From: Owenia fusiformis
Lineage: Eukaryota
Assembly (NCBI GenBank): GCA_903813345.2
Contig: CAIIXF020000001.1
Coordinates: 41,292,001 to 41,356,000, forward strand
DNA length: 64,000 nucleotides
Direction of reading: 5' to 3'
Positions 1 through 15,100 of the stretch are shown in pieces. Below the pieces are notes generated by a model that was not told the origin of the DNA, made no database searches, and saw nothing but the letters and a program-made list of their open reading frames with translations. Both the position numbers and the translations under genes were made by a program. Within the stretch, counting starts at the first letter, position 1. The number at the start of each line of letters is the position of its first letter.

Positions 1-130
1 CACATATGCCCTCGGTTCTCAGAGATCAATGTCCCTCCCAAGGTCGGGCCATATATCACTGAGACCTTGGGCATATATGCCGCGATAGTGACATAACCTC
101 TAAATATCTCTCTTGATTTTGTCTGACTAG

Positions 131-3100
131 GTGGATGGTATAGTGATAGTAGACATAGACAGTGGCCAAGTGGAGGTGTCTGACAGCCTGTATATTCCTA
201 GTCTACCCTCTGAGCCAGTCTCTATGTTCCGCACTGCAACACAGCGCATCATGCCTAACTTTGATCTCATTCTTATTAACAGGTAACATGTTCAATTAAT
301 ACAAAAATTGATGTTTGTTTGAGAGTGTTACATTTTTTGCATTCATAAATATGTAAGTCCATCAAAAAACCTTTGAACAGGTCCTTCCTATGAAGAAAAT
401 TTCTGCGAAGCAGTGAATTAGAAAATACAATAGAAAGAATTTGGTTAAAAATACACTGCTCAGTCAATTAATCAATCAATAGATCAATGTTTCAATCAAT
501 CACCAAGGAATTTTACCTTTGCATTTACATAGTTTGATTATTTGCTTATTGCAGTACAAGCTGTCTGAGTCTAGAAGAAGTACGCTTAGAAAGAAGAAGG
601 CTAACAGAAATGTTTAACAGATTTGTTACTGCATCCTTCATGGAGCTCATGGTGAACTTATTTAGGTAAAAATATGATCACATTTTCAATAGAATCAATA
701 TAATAGAATATAATATAATATTGTAAGGGATATGTGTATCTTTTGTATACGTATATTCATGTATACTTTTTGTTGGTGTGTTTTAAAGTACTCTGTGATC
801 TTTCCCCTCATGCCACTTGTGCTTGTTTCAAAATGAATAACATTTAAAATTTCATGGAAGTTTAATTTTGCTTTAAAGGGATGTGCTTACCAATATAAAG
901 GTGATAAAGGCAGACAAGAGGTACTTCAACAAGGAAAACTTCCTGGAATCTCAGCTGCCAGGTGATACTCCATTTTATGAACAGGTACATTACTTGTGTT
1001 TTTACTATTGGATGGCAGTGAAACTCAATGAGTTAAATACAGTTAAACCTGTGTAAGTGGAACACCTTTGGTACCTCAAAATATATTTCACCTCGGAGGT
1101 GTTCCACTTACAGAGGTTCAATTTACAGGTTTTACCATACCTCTCTGATAATATCCCCTTATTCTTAAAGATTCACTGTTTTTGGTGAATTTGTTAATTT
1201 TAAATTGATGTTTTTGCTATTGATGTCTTTACATGTAGAGTCTGCTATTATTACTTATTGAACTCTTGCAGTTAACCCTTATACTATCTACATGTTATAA
1301 AGACAATATCCATTCCATGACAACATATTTTGGCAATTTAGCAATAGCTCCAACAGTTTTGATTTTTTATTGGTTAATTATATTTATTTATATTTATTGT
1401 AATCATTAATATTTCCATGGGATTTCAACAGAGCTTTAACTGCCACTGGATGGGCAATATCTTTAAGCAACAAACTTAAGATTAATTTCTAGTTTCATGT
1501 TTATAATTATTACTCAGGCGACGGCAGTACCTTTTGTTTAAAAATCATGGAAAGCACGTTGTTGTATGTCAGATCATTTTATTTTACTAAAATATTTTTG
1601 GGCTTACCCCTTTATGGCGATTGTACTTATTTTGTTACAATTTGACACAATTTGGATTCAGTTTTAAAAGAGACTATATATTCTTGGTATCATCTTGTTA
1701 CCTTATAATGTAAACACCCCAATTTTAGATGTCCCTCTGGCCTGCAACATACTCGTTTCCCAGTTTGATTTTCAATCACACTGGCATCAGTGGACAACTT
1801 TTCTATCCGAAAAACAAACAAATCATCTGATTGGTGCACATTAAATCCAGCGCACAATCAGATGATTTGTTTGTTTTACTCTAAGATCTCATTGGTCAGG
1901 CTCCTTTTAAAGGAGTTATTGGCCCTTAATTGACTACTAATGAGGTTGACTGCTCACCTTCTATTTACCTAATACATAAGAATTAGCATAATGTTGGCTG
2001 GATAAGATGATATCTCATTCATCAGAATCCTCAATCTATGACAAATTAAGAGGCTTTTGTGCAGAAATTTTAGCCTGATATTCCAAGGTATGAAAACATC
2101 ATATCTTGGAAATCCAAGATGGGCCTGCAAAGTGAGCATTACTGTGGTTTGTCCAAGTAGTGTCAGTTTTTAGAGTTTCTTTATTGTTCTCATAGAGAAC
2201 AGATATACTTTCACTGTAATTTATATATTAAACTCTTGCCATTTTCCATTTTTGAGACCTGGGTTCATGTTTTCATCACTTATATCAGTTTTTGGGTTAC
2301 TGTCATCATTTGTGAATTTCACACCAAGGCGGTCAGCAGTACTGTAGTTAGGATTGTCTACAACCAATTGTCCTGGAACTTTCAATGCTCTGAAACAAAT
2401 AGTTTGATTTAAAGTTTATTTTTTGAGTCTACCTATCATATTCAACACAAGCCAATCATGTTATTAACATGCTATTTCATGATAAATAAATTCATGTAAA
2501 TTCATATATTTCATTTCATGAAAATTTGAAGATTTTTCTTAAAACACGAGAGTGGGGCCCCCGAAAGTTTGTTTCAGTGTAATCATTAACTGTTATTATC
2601 CCATCGAACGAAGTTCGGAGGGATATAGGGAACGCCTCCGTCCGTCCGTACGTACGTACGTCCATCCGTACGTACGTCCGTCCGTCCGTACGTACGTCCG
2701 TCTGTCCGTCCGTCCGTCCGGGCAATAATTCAAATACCGTTGGCCCGATTTTGTTCATATATTTTGTACACATATACCTTATGGGGGTAGAAGTTCTGCT
2801 CGAAAGCCGATTTTCAAAATGGCCGCTCATTTTAAAATGGCGGCCATTTTAGTGTCGATTTTACAGTAATTTAGGTGCAATATGTAAAACTGTTATAGCA
2901 ATATGTTTTAAATGTAAAAAAATTATAAAGGACATTAATAATGCTACAAATGTACATATTAAAAAAGCACATGGCAGCCATCTTGAAAAATGGTGGCCTT
3001 TACTCGTCATTTTACGATTTTTGCTATAACTCAAAAAATAGTGGAGCGATTTTGTTCATATTTGGTATGTGAATACTATAAGCATTGTACACTGTCTTAA

Positions 3101-6100
3101 GACACTTTTGGTAGAAGGCGGCCAGGCCGCCATTTTAACGTTTTTTACTATTATTATCGAAAAGTAGTAGAGCAATTTTGTTCATATTTGGTATGTGAAT
3201 ACTATAAGCATGGCACACTGTCTATTTCTAATGACAGTTTTGGTAGAAGGTGGCCATTTTGAAAAATGGCCGCCATTTTAACGTATTTTACTATAACTCA
3301 AAAAGTAGTGGAGCGATTTTGTTCATATTTGATATGTGAATACTTTAAGAATGGCACATTTTCTAATAAAACTTTGGGGAGTAGTTGGCCATTTTGAAAA
3401 ATGGCCACCATTTTTATGTGTGTTATTTTACAAGTACGTGTGCGATTTTTCAAAAATTTTAGAGGTGGCTACTGAAAAGCATATTGTTTCTTCTGATGAC
3501 AACTTGGCTAGTGAGCAACCATTTTGAAAATGGTGGCCTTTCTTATGTGTGTTGTTTTATGATATTTGCTATTCGTTTGTAAAAATGCCAGCCATTTCTG
3601 TTCGATGGGATTCGCTACGCTTTGGCGTTGCCATTGTTCTGGTTCAACATGATAATTAAAAATCCATTCTACCTCTTCTTGCGATAGAAATGTGTGACAA
3701 CACCAGCGGCAATCAATATAATGCCAACGCTACCAATTGTCACTCCTAAGATTAAAGCTAGCTGCTCTTGTTTTTTCGCCTCCTCTTCCTTTGAGCTCTG
3801 GCCCCCTGGTGAAACAGCACCTGTGATATATTATGAAACATACAGTGTGAGTGTGTAAAAAACCTGTGTGGTGCATAAAATGTTAACATCTGCATTAATA
3901 TCTTATAAAAGGTTCACTATGGTAGGCCTATTTACAGGAATAAATTGTAGGGAATATTAAAGAAGTTTCAGTCTACTAGTATATAGAATGAGATTTTTAA
4001 AAGAATTTTAAAAAAAAGATGTAGTGTAACAAATTTTTCCATGGTCAATGAATGCCATATTCCACCTTGTTTTAAGTTTCAACTGTGTATTTTTTTTTCT
4101 CAATATGAAAAACTTGCTACTCCAATCCACAACATCATTTTGCAGCACTGTACAGCATTGTAAACAGTACTGAGCACTGCCCTGTTTTTATAGCACTGTG
4201 CAGCACTGTTTAGTAAACAGCACTGCTCTGCACTTTTTCATTAACAGTGCTTACAGTTCTGTTTGAGATAGTAGTAGAGGTAGTAGTAGACTCATTTACT
4301 CCATAAGTGTACAACCTGCCACATATATTTGCTAACTAGTAATATTTGGAGGCTTTTTCATGTGATTCTAGAAATTATTGTAGATTCCTTATTCCTGAAC
4401 ATTCACAATACAGATTTGCAAATGCATCACAACAGAGAACAGGTTTTTGTGAATCACACACACGAATTGAATCTATTATTGAACTTGACACAACATTGAC
4501 ACAAAGGGAAGGATATTGCCAATGAAAAGGACCAAAAAAGTTTTTTTACCCTGCAGCAAATCAAATCACAAATAATACAAATAATCTTTAAGACACTTGT
4601 TATCTATTTTAATCGTGTCATTTGAAATTATTTATTGATCACATAATTGTCAAATAAAAAGTAATAAACAGATGTACATTTTTCTGAAATGCTAAAATCT
4701 TAGGTCTTGTTAATGGTACAAATGGTCAAATTGCAAGTGCATCACAAATGCAGAAGCAAATGGCCAATGATGAGGCCTCAGATCTCTTCTTTATAATATT
4801 CAAAATGTTGATATTGCACTTTTGTAAAACGAGCTGAATTTTGTAAAAAGGCCATGAAAACAATATTTTCCAAAAACAACCCTACTTGTGTCCTCATTCG
4901 CCAGTGTAGTCATGTTCATGTCTCGTATCCAGTGTATTATTCTTACCTGTGTTACTTGTAGTCTTTGTCGAGGAGAACCTGTTGTTAGTTGATTGAGTGA
5001 CTCCACTATTTGTCCCAGGCCTTCTAGTTGTGACAGGAATGGCATCTTATTTGAACAAAAATTCAAACAGAAATGTTATGTTTATGATGTGAATAAAATG
5101 TTAATTGTGATTCTATTAAATTTTTGCCAACCTTCACTTTTATTAAGAAGAAATATTCATTCTTTTCAATTTTGATTTATTTGAGGATTCAATTTGTCAA
5201 ATGTCATTTTGAAATAAAATATGACATTTAAAAGATAAGAGTTGGCAATTGGCACTGACGAAAGCAATTTCTAGCCCACTCCTGAATAAAGTCGGCTACA
5301 AGATTGAGTAACGTTTGTGCTTGGCTTTAAGATGATTCTAAATATCTGGTATGGGAGTTTCTCACACAGATATATTGCATTGATACTTGAAATCATGGGC
5401 TTTCAACTAGAAAGCCCATGTTGAAATGCAGTAGTGCTTTTTTAATGTTTCTTGTACAAAATAACAGTTTCTTACCAAACATACATATGAATGATTTCTC
5501 ATTCAACAGACATTGACAACAGGCATCATGCCATAGTCCATTGTCAGTGAGATATATCTCCACACACTCCTCATCTAAGGCTATATTATTATTGTCTGGT
5601 TGACCAGCACTCCATGCTGTGAAAGTGACATCTTCCCCAGTTGTCCAAACCCATACTCCATCAGTTCCACGCCTATGGGCCCCAATCCAAACAAGATTTG
5701 TAACCCGGGTCAGTGAACGTAAAGATGAAACCAGGAAGTCTTGTGTCTGTTGGTTGCCTACTTTTGCAAGTGTACCACCTGCAGCTTGGCAGTAGTCCCT
5801 GGCATTTGTCCATAACTTTGCAGTCTCAACAAATTGGTAACATTTGGCATCCATGTACTTCACTGGCAAGCCCAAATTATTTACCCTTTGAGAACATCTT
5901 GGGTCCTTAACTGCATGTAAAATATAAATGTAAAGCTGTATATTATGACCAAAGTGATATTGATTTAGCGTTGAAGTATTAATTTCATGTCATATCCAAT
6001 TGCATGAGAGAAACTGACTGTCCATTGATTTTTGTATATAATTCATCTACAGTATCTGGAAACCGATGCATATTGGTCATAAGAGATCAAGACAGGAAGG

Positions 6101-9100
6101 CATATGCCATGGTTATTTCAAGCAAATGACAACTAATTTAAGAATATATTTTGTTTGAGTGAGTTTGTTATTCATTGTTTTTTCACCAATACATTGTCAT
6201 AGAAGAGAGATAGTGCATATTGCAATTACCTGGTGTGGTAGGTGGGGGAGTTGGTAAACCAGTTGTAGTGGACATTCCTGGGATATAAGCATCTGCAAAG
6301 AAAAAAATTCATTATGATACCAGATCCAAATCTTTGAGTCAGGATTTGTTATTTGTGCATGCTTCCAAAATGGTGATTTACATAATCTTGAGTTATACAA
6401 GTAGTGGAGGGATCATTTTGAAAATTCATACATTTAATATTTTCTATTCGACTTAAATAACTTTTGTTATCTTAAAATTATTATAAATCGAAGCTTGTTT
6501 TTTTCCATAGCTCTATCGTTTTGCAATAGTTAAAAAGCCTTACTGTACATGCAGATAAATGTCTCCTTCCCAGGGAAACAATCACAGCAATTATCATGCC
6601 AAAGACCATTCTCACTCAGGAACATCTGAGCACATTCTTCCTCATCAACAATGTTTGTGTTATCTGGTTGTCCAGTGGCCCATGCTGTGTAGACCACTGT
6701 GGCACCAGTAGACCATTTCCAAACACCACCTGTTCTCCTTCTATTGGCCCCGATCCACACGATATTCTCAGGCCAGTTGAATGAGCGCACGGAGGAAACC
6801 AGGAAGTCCTGTGTCTGTTGGTTGTCAATTTGAACTAGATTACCCCCCGCATTATTGCAGAATTCCTTCGCTACGGGCCAATATTCAATTGTTTCAACAA
6901 ATTGGTAACATTTGTCACCAAAGAACTTTACCGGCCATTGCATACTTGCAATGTTCTGGGGACATCTAGAGTCAACTGGAGCTACAAACATACAATAGAA
7001 AAAGTGTAAACCTGATGATTTCACACTTATAGATGTAGGAATTCACTGCATACAGCCAATATTAGTGTAATGGATCTGTCAATATATCTTTTTTTATTTA
7101 TTCTACTGACTCTATACTCACTTGTAGGTTGAGGGTTCGGTCTAGTGACAGTGGTGGCTCCAACTGGATCTAAAGAATTAATATTAAAGTTAATAGTAAC
7201 ACCTGCATAAAATGCAAGCAAAGAGAAGTTAGCATCTGAAAACATTAGGGACACTATGAGAAAATGTAAAAATTGGAACATCAACCAACACTCTGAATAC
7301 AGTCAATGATATTAAAAATATATTAGGTAAAGCAAAAAAGCAAAAACCTCACACAACAATTGATTATGTACAAAATTCTAATATGATATTATCAAGAATA
7401 AAAACTTATTATTACCACCTTGCCGGGCCAGTCCTAGGGGTTTTAGTGCTAGTTTAGAAGGCGTTTATTTTACTATATCGACCTGAGAAATGTGTGACGT
7501 CATAGTGGTGGTCCATATGGACCGGTCTAGAATATATTCTGGACCGGCAATTTTCCCTGGGAAATTAGATATCGTTCAATGCGTAAGATTTTCTTGCTGT
7601 TTCAGTCCTGGTCGTTAACGGTGGTAATAATACTAATAACATCATTTCTGCGAGCGATATAGTGAAATATTGGACCTTGGGCCTTCGGCCCTTGGTCTAA
7701 TATTTCACTATATCGCCCTTAGAAATGACGTTATTGTACTAATAACATCATTAAATAACTACATGTACTGTTGTCAAAAAAGATTGTTTTAATTATTGTG
7801 TTATGAGGTTAAAGTAGTGCATTGGATAGCAAGCTTTTTTATACATGTAGATCACCTAAATCTTTTGAATTATCATATTGGCATTAGACTCACCAAACAT
7901 GCAGACATATGTCTCTTCATCAGGGAAACAAGCGCAACAGGAATCATGCCAACGTCCATTATCATCCAATAGCATCTGAGCACATTCTTCCTCTTCAAAT
8001 ATGTTAGAGTTGTCTGGTTGTCCGTCACCCCATGCTGTGTATCCTAGTCTGGCACCATCAGTCCATTTCCATATTCCACCAGTGCTTCTCCTATGGGCTC
8101 CAATCCAGACAATTGTCTCAGGCCAGTTGAGGGAGCGTAGCGTTGAAACTAAAAAGTCCTGTGTCTGTTGGTCATTTATTTGAGCCAAGCGACCCCCGGC
8201 ATTGTTGCAATAATCACTTGCATCATTCCAATAGAGAAGGCTTTCAACAAACTGATAGCATTGGGCATTGAAGTATTTCACCTGCCATCCAATATCTATA
8301 ACATTCTGTGGACATCTTGGATCACCACCTTCAACAGGAAATATCAATTTATCAAGGATTATCTATAGTGTCATAGAATTGAACTTACAGTATGTGACTT
8401 AAATCTTTGTCCTCTTAAAATATTGGACCTTTAGGAAAGTAAGGTTCTGACATTTTGAAAGTAATGCAGTCCCTGAAACTGTATACTGTCTAATTTTGAT
8501 ATGATCTTTCCAATGAAATGGGCTAAAACATTCTATTTCTGCTTTAAATATGATTTTCCAAGATAAAAAGGGCCTCATATTTTAAACAGAAATAGTCATA
8601 TGCACTACGCAACAATAAATTTAAACAGAGAATATGTACAGTCTATGTTAGTACAAGTACCAATAGAAGCAAAAGCAATGATTATGAAGTAAGACATAAA
8701 GTAAGGAATTAACAAAGAAAATATGTTAGTACAAGTACCAATAGAAGCAAAAGCAATGATAATGAAGTAAGACATGCCTCAGGTTTATTGAGGTATTGTC
8801 ACACATTTACATTATTGTTCTCACCTGCAGTTGGCTGTGGGGTTGGCAAAGTTGTTGCTCCTGGATCTGGTGCTGCATCTACAAACAAACATGTTGTCTG
8901 AATTGTTTATACACTTCAGCATGAAGATTGGTTCATTATGTAGAAGTTCTCATTGGTCTAAACATTGCATGCGGTATGAACTAGAATAAGGCGTCGATGG
9001 GAAACATACCATACATGCAGATATATGTCTCCTCATCTGGGAAACAAGCACAGCAAGAATCATGCCACTTTCCATTATCATCTAGGAGCATTGTTACACA

Positions 9101-12100
9101 CTCTTCCTCTTCAAATATGTTGGAATTATCTGGTTGCCCAGACCCCCAAGCTGTATAAGCAACATTCGCACCAGTTGTCCATTTCCATATTCCACCAGTC
9201 CTTCTCCTATGGGCTCCAATCCAAACGATTGTCTCAGGCCAGTTAAGCAAGCGGAGAGATGAAACAAGGAAATCTTGTGTCTGTTGGTTGTCTATTTGAG
9301 CCAAGTGACCTCCAGCATTGTTACACCAATCACTTGCATCATTCCAGTACTTGAGTGTTTCCACAAATTGATAGCATTTACCATTCAAGTACTTCACTTC
9401 CCAATTTAGTCCAGATAGACTTTGTGGACATCTTGGATCAACTGACCCCTTTGCTTCTGTATTTGCTATAAGAAATAAGAAAGGAATGAAAATGTAAGAT
9501 TGATGGCATAAAAAATAACATCCAAATTAAAATGAATTATCATACTGAGCTTTAATATCCTAGATGCCAGTAGAAATAATCTTGATTTACGTCATTAAAA
9601 CATGTAAAATTACATCTAGAAATATGGTTTTGAAAAGAGTTTATCAACTTTGAAAATTTAATTTTCTTTGAAAATGTGACTTCTAGGTCGGGGAGATTCC
9701 CCATAGCCCCCATGTTGGAAAATCACAAAAATCGAAATATCTTTTCTTGTGTTGGGTAGATAATATTTTCTTTTACTGGACATATTTTAATTTGTTTAAC
9801 TATCAGATACATAAGGGTATTATGAAAAGTGAACCACTAAAACTGACAAGTATTCAAGTTTAAGGGAATTTTGTAATACCCTGCCATGTTATTTCCCCCG
9901 AATCAGCCACCTGGTGGCGAAACTGGTAACTGCCTACTCGCATCTGAGTAATTGGTGAGTTGGATTACAGGTTTGGGATAATAATCATTTTTTTCATTCT
10001 ATTTTCAGTGAGCACCTGTTGCACTTTCAGGGATTCTATTAAGATATATTTCTAGAAGTCCAAAAATACAATAACATGTACTGCTATATTTCCTGTCTAA
10101 TTGGACAGTCTAACTAAACTAATGCTCACACCAAATAAGTTGATTTATCAGGGATTTTAGTTAATATTGGATAGAAAAATACACCCTGGATTATAAGACT
10201 TTTTGAGCGGGAAATATTTCCCCTTATTTTTGATATGGCAATCAGAGAATCAGAAACTGAACTTCAATATTATCAGTTTAAGTGGGGTCAATTTACATAT
10301 AATCCTTATGTGTCTGATAGTTATACTAATGAAAATATGTCCAGTAAAAGAAAATACTATCTCCCCATTACAAGAAAAGATATTTCACTTTTTATGTCCC
10401 CACCACATAGTGTTGGGCCATATTGTCGGCCTAGGCGCGTCCGTCCGTCTGTCTGTCCGTCCGTACATCCGGCAGTTTTCTCCAAAACCGCTACAGATAT
10501 CACCTTCAAATTTTCAGGGATAACTTATGAGTGCATACAAATGTAGATGAAAAAAATTTAACTCGATACCTACTTCCTGTCGGCCATTTTGAAGTCAAAT
10601 GCTAAAATCCTTGTCTGCAAACTTTAAGAAAAACGGCTTCACAGTTGCTTTTAAAACTTTAATATCTTGTTCAGCTCACTTCATTTTACATCTGATTAGG
10701 TTTTGGACCTGTTAGCTCAGTCATGTCAGCCATTTTGAATGTCTTAAGAAAAGTTAGCGCGCGATAATACTTTGTATCATATTGAATGGTGTTTTTGAGT
10801 TTTCATACTTAAACTATTTAGTAGCTTCATAAATAATTTCAGGTGTACTTTGTTGTAAAAGCCTATGTAATTGTTAACAGTAGTTATATATGATAATTTT
10901 GTTAAAGGAAATCAGCAAAACTCATAATCACTTTTTTATTGTCGGCCATTTTGGATTTTTCCGTCCCAAAATCTTGTCTGTAAAGTCTTGTCTACGCGTT
11001 TTCAGGTGAAACGTTTGGTAGATCAATTTCAAATTTTCAGGGATGATTCTTAGTATGAAAATCTAGATCTGATTAGTTTTTTTGGCATTCTGGATAAATG
11101 TCAAGGCAGTCATTTTGGATTTTCCGTCCTAAAATCTTTGTCTGTAAAGTCTTGTCTACGCATTTCCAGGTGAACCGTTTGGTAGATCAATTTCAAATTT
11201 TTAGGGATGATTCTTAGTATGAAAATCTAGATCTGATTATTAGTTTTTTGGCATTCTGGATAAATGTCAAGGCAGCCATTTTGGATTTTCCGTCCTAAAA
11301 TCTTGTCTGAAATGTCTTATCTATGCGTTTTCAGGTGAACCGTTTGGTAGATCAATTTCCAATTTTCATGAATGATTCTTAGTATGAAATCTAGAAGCAA
11401 TTAGTTTTAGTTTTTTGACATTCTGGGTAAATGTCAAGGCAGCCATTTTGGATTTTCCATCCTAAAATCTTGTCTGTAAAGTCTTGTTTACATGTTTTCT
11501 GGTTAACTGTTTGACGGATCAATTTCAAATTTTCAGGGGTGGTTCTTAGTATGAAAATCTAGAACTAACTAATTTTTGGGCATTCTGGGTAAATTTTAAG
11601 GTGGCCATTTTGGATTTTCCGTCCTCAAATTGTGTCGGTAAAGTCTTGTCTACTCATTTTCAGGATAATTATTTGACGGGATCACCCATTGGTGGGGACA
11701 TTTTGCACACATTTGTGTTCTTGTTGTGATTTTGTAACATGGGCTCTATGGGGAATCTCCCGACCTAGTAGTCACATTTTCAAAGAAGATTGAAGTTGGA
11801 AATGCATTAAACCATAGGTTTCTCTCCCAGACAATCAAGGATGTCCCGTTATCATTGCTCATATAGCGTCTTAAATACCATGAATGTATCTTGAGAATAC
11901 CTTATGGGTATATTATTACCTATATATTGAAATAATCAACAGAAGATCCAACCTTCAGAATTAAACAATTGATTCTGAGGCTAGCGAGTTGAATCCCTGT
12001 AGAGTCACACAAGCGCCATACGCATTTTGATCCAGGTAGCCAATCAGGTTCATGATAAACAAATTCAACGACCAATCAAATAGTAGGGGGATATTTAAAA

Positions 12101-15100
12101 TTCAGAATTAAATTCCCCGAAAATATAATAAGACTATTTCGTTGGTAAGTAGATAGGTGAATATGTGGTGAAACTCAAGATGCAAAAAAAGTCCAGAGGG
12201 GTCTTGATTGTGCTATCCTATAGGTATAGAGTCCCTTTAAACCACATTTCTAGATGCAATTTTACATGTAGACTTCCAATATGATATCCCTTTAACTAAA
12301 TTTTGAATATCAAATGAAGTAAATGAAGTATTTCTACTCGCATCTAGTATATTCCTTCAACTCTTACATCCTTAGGCATGTTTAAAGCACAATTCTACAA
12401 CCAAACTATTTGTAAAAAATGTGAAATCATTTAAAATATAATTCATTACTTTATGACACAATTTTTTTGTTGAAAGAAAACTGGTTTAGAATAAGGAATA
12501 AATCTTTATCCAATGAATTCACTTTTACAATAACATTTATAAGTTACATTTAAGGATTAATTTTATCTTGCGTGAAAATATTTGATTATTTGATTAATTA
12601 ATTGATGTAGCATGTTATAAAGTAAAAATCAAAGAATTAATAAAATAAAACATATTTTATAATTCCTTCTTCAGTAGTTTTTCAAAATAAGAACGGAGGA
12701 AGTTACTGTTATACATGTATTTGCATATATTAAATTTGTAACTTACTGATGATGCATGCAATACATAAGGCAATATTCACAATGTTTGTTGCTGCTCCCA
12801 TCTTTGTATATCTGACCTCTTTGTACTATATCACATATAGTTGAAGGCCTGTTTATTTTATATGGATTATATATAAAGTCAGATTTATGTATTGTCTTTG
12901 GGTGAACTTTGATTTCTGATATCTTCTGGTTCCTTACCCTTGAGGTTTATTGACCACTTATACTTTTCAGATTCATGATCATATCCAAGTAATTTGTGAT
13001 AAAGTGATAGGTTGAAGGACTTGTACACACTTAATTTAGTAGCTTCTATCATTTTCAAACTAATATGTATGTTCATATTAATACATGAAGAGAAGTTTTA
13101 GTGTTTCTATAACATGCTTAAATGATATGATGTCACTTAATGTTTCGCCACTGGATGATCAAACCATTGACCTTTAAAACTTACAAATAAATCTATAATT
13201 CACACATAGCTAGGCAAGGTGTCACGTGTGTCTGATTCCAGCCAATCTGAACACAGTATTTCACATACAGAACAGTGTGTGAAATAATCAATAACACAGT
13301 CAAGGTCACTAGTTAAACAGTCATGTCATGGTGATGAATGGACTTTTCACATCGGATTTGATGACTTGCTAGCTTAACCCTTGCAAAAAATGTCATTGAA
13401 AAAATGTGTTCTTTTAGTGATTTCACGATTTTGCAGAAAATATTTTGCAATGTGTGAACAAAATTTAAGCCCAAGGCCCAAGACTCAATGCATTGTGGAT
13501 GGTTCAGCACACATTGCACTGAGTCTAAGGCTTAAATATACTGGGGCGTAGCCAGCAATTGTCAAGAAGGATGGAATTTTGGGGGTTTGCATCACTGCAC
13601 GTGAAACGAGCCCCAAAAATACAATTTACATTGTATATGGTGCTTTCTAAGCATTTCAAACTATATTTTGTAAATTTTTTTCATCAAATTTTACTAAATT
13701 GCTTTTTTTCCTTTTTATCGCACTTTGAAAAAGTGCTATATTGTCGTTGTCTTGTGCTGTTGGGCGGGCGTGCGGTTGTGCGTGCGTGCGGGCGTGCGGG
13801 CGGCACATAAACCAAATCTTGTCATCAAATTTCCAGGATAACTGCTTACCTGTTCAACTTGAAATTTTTACAGATGCAAGAGCAGACTAGTACCAAGATC
13901 TGATTAGGTTAAGGGCATGCTGGGTAAACTACGTGGCGGCCATTTTGAATTTTTCAACAAATCTTGTCATCAAAATTCCAGGAAAACCACTTATCCGTTC
14001 AACTTGAAATTTTTACAGATGCAAGAGCAGACTATTGTCAAGATCTGATTAGGTTTTGGGTATGCTGGCTGAATTACATGGTGGCCATTTTGAATTTTTC
14101 AATTTGGCGGCCATTTTGAATTTTTCAACTTGCTCCAAATTGACCAAATTTTTTTTTTAAAAACATCTACAAGTTCTCAGAAGTTCAAATCTGACCTTAG
14201 ATTTCAGATTTGACCTTTCATCCACCTTCAGTGACCTTGAAAAGGTCAAAAAAGTTGATTTTCTAAATTGATATTTTGGATTTAAATTTAGGTCAGCTTA
14301 ATTACAAAACACCTACTGAGGTCTGAAAAAGTGAAATTTTCAAGGTCGAAGGTCAAGGTCATTAAACTAGGTCACAAATGATGTTATCCAAGTTTCTCAA
14401 AGTTTGAGACTACAAATCAATTCTTGTCATCAAAATTCCAAGAAAACCGCTAACCTGTTCAACTTGAAATTTTTACACATGCAATAGCAGACTAGTGCCA
14501 AGATCTGATTAGGTTTAGGGCATGCTGGGTAAACTACGTGGTGGCCATTTTGAATTTTTCAACAAATCTTGTCATCAAAATTCCAGGAAAACCACTTATC
14601 CGTTCAACTTGAAATTTTTACAGATGCAAGAGCAGACTATTGCCAAGATCTGATCAGGTTTTGGGTATGCTGGCTGAATAACATGGTGGCCATTTTGAAT
14701 TTTTCAATTTGGCGGCCATTTTGAATTTTTCAACTTGCTCCAAGTTGACCAAATTTTTTTTTTAAAAACATCTACAAGTTCTCAGAAGTTCAAATCTGAC
14801 CTTAGATTTCAGATTGGACCTTTCGTTGACCTTCAGTGACCTTTAAAAGGTCAAAAATTTGATTTTCTAAATTGATATTTTGGATTTAAATTTAGGTCAG
14901 CTTAATTACAAAACACCCACTGTCGTGACTGAGGTCTGAAAAAGTGAAATTTTCAAGGTCGAAGGTCATCAAATAAGGTCATCAAACAATGTTATCTAAA
15001 TTTTCCCAAAGTTCAAGACTACAAATAAATTCTTGTCATCAAAATTGCAGGAAAACCGCTAACCTTGTCAACTTGAAATATTTACAGATGCAAGAGCAGA

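Noticed and set aside
2516..2830. 104-aa ORF with repeated RTDGRT; similar ORFs at 13559, 18609 and 28927
   Set aside because: These are translations of tetranucleotide microsatellites inside HINE-like elements.
5393..9397. Four separate small C-type lectin genes, as the ORF track suggests
   Set aside because: Each ORF is bounded by phase-1 splice sites and links through linker exons to one signal-peptide exon and one TM/tail.
9900..9925. CTCF-like motif GCCACCTGGTGGCG in the lectin first intron
   Set aside because: A single short match inside a transposon-derived segment with no other support.
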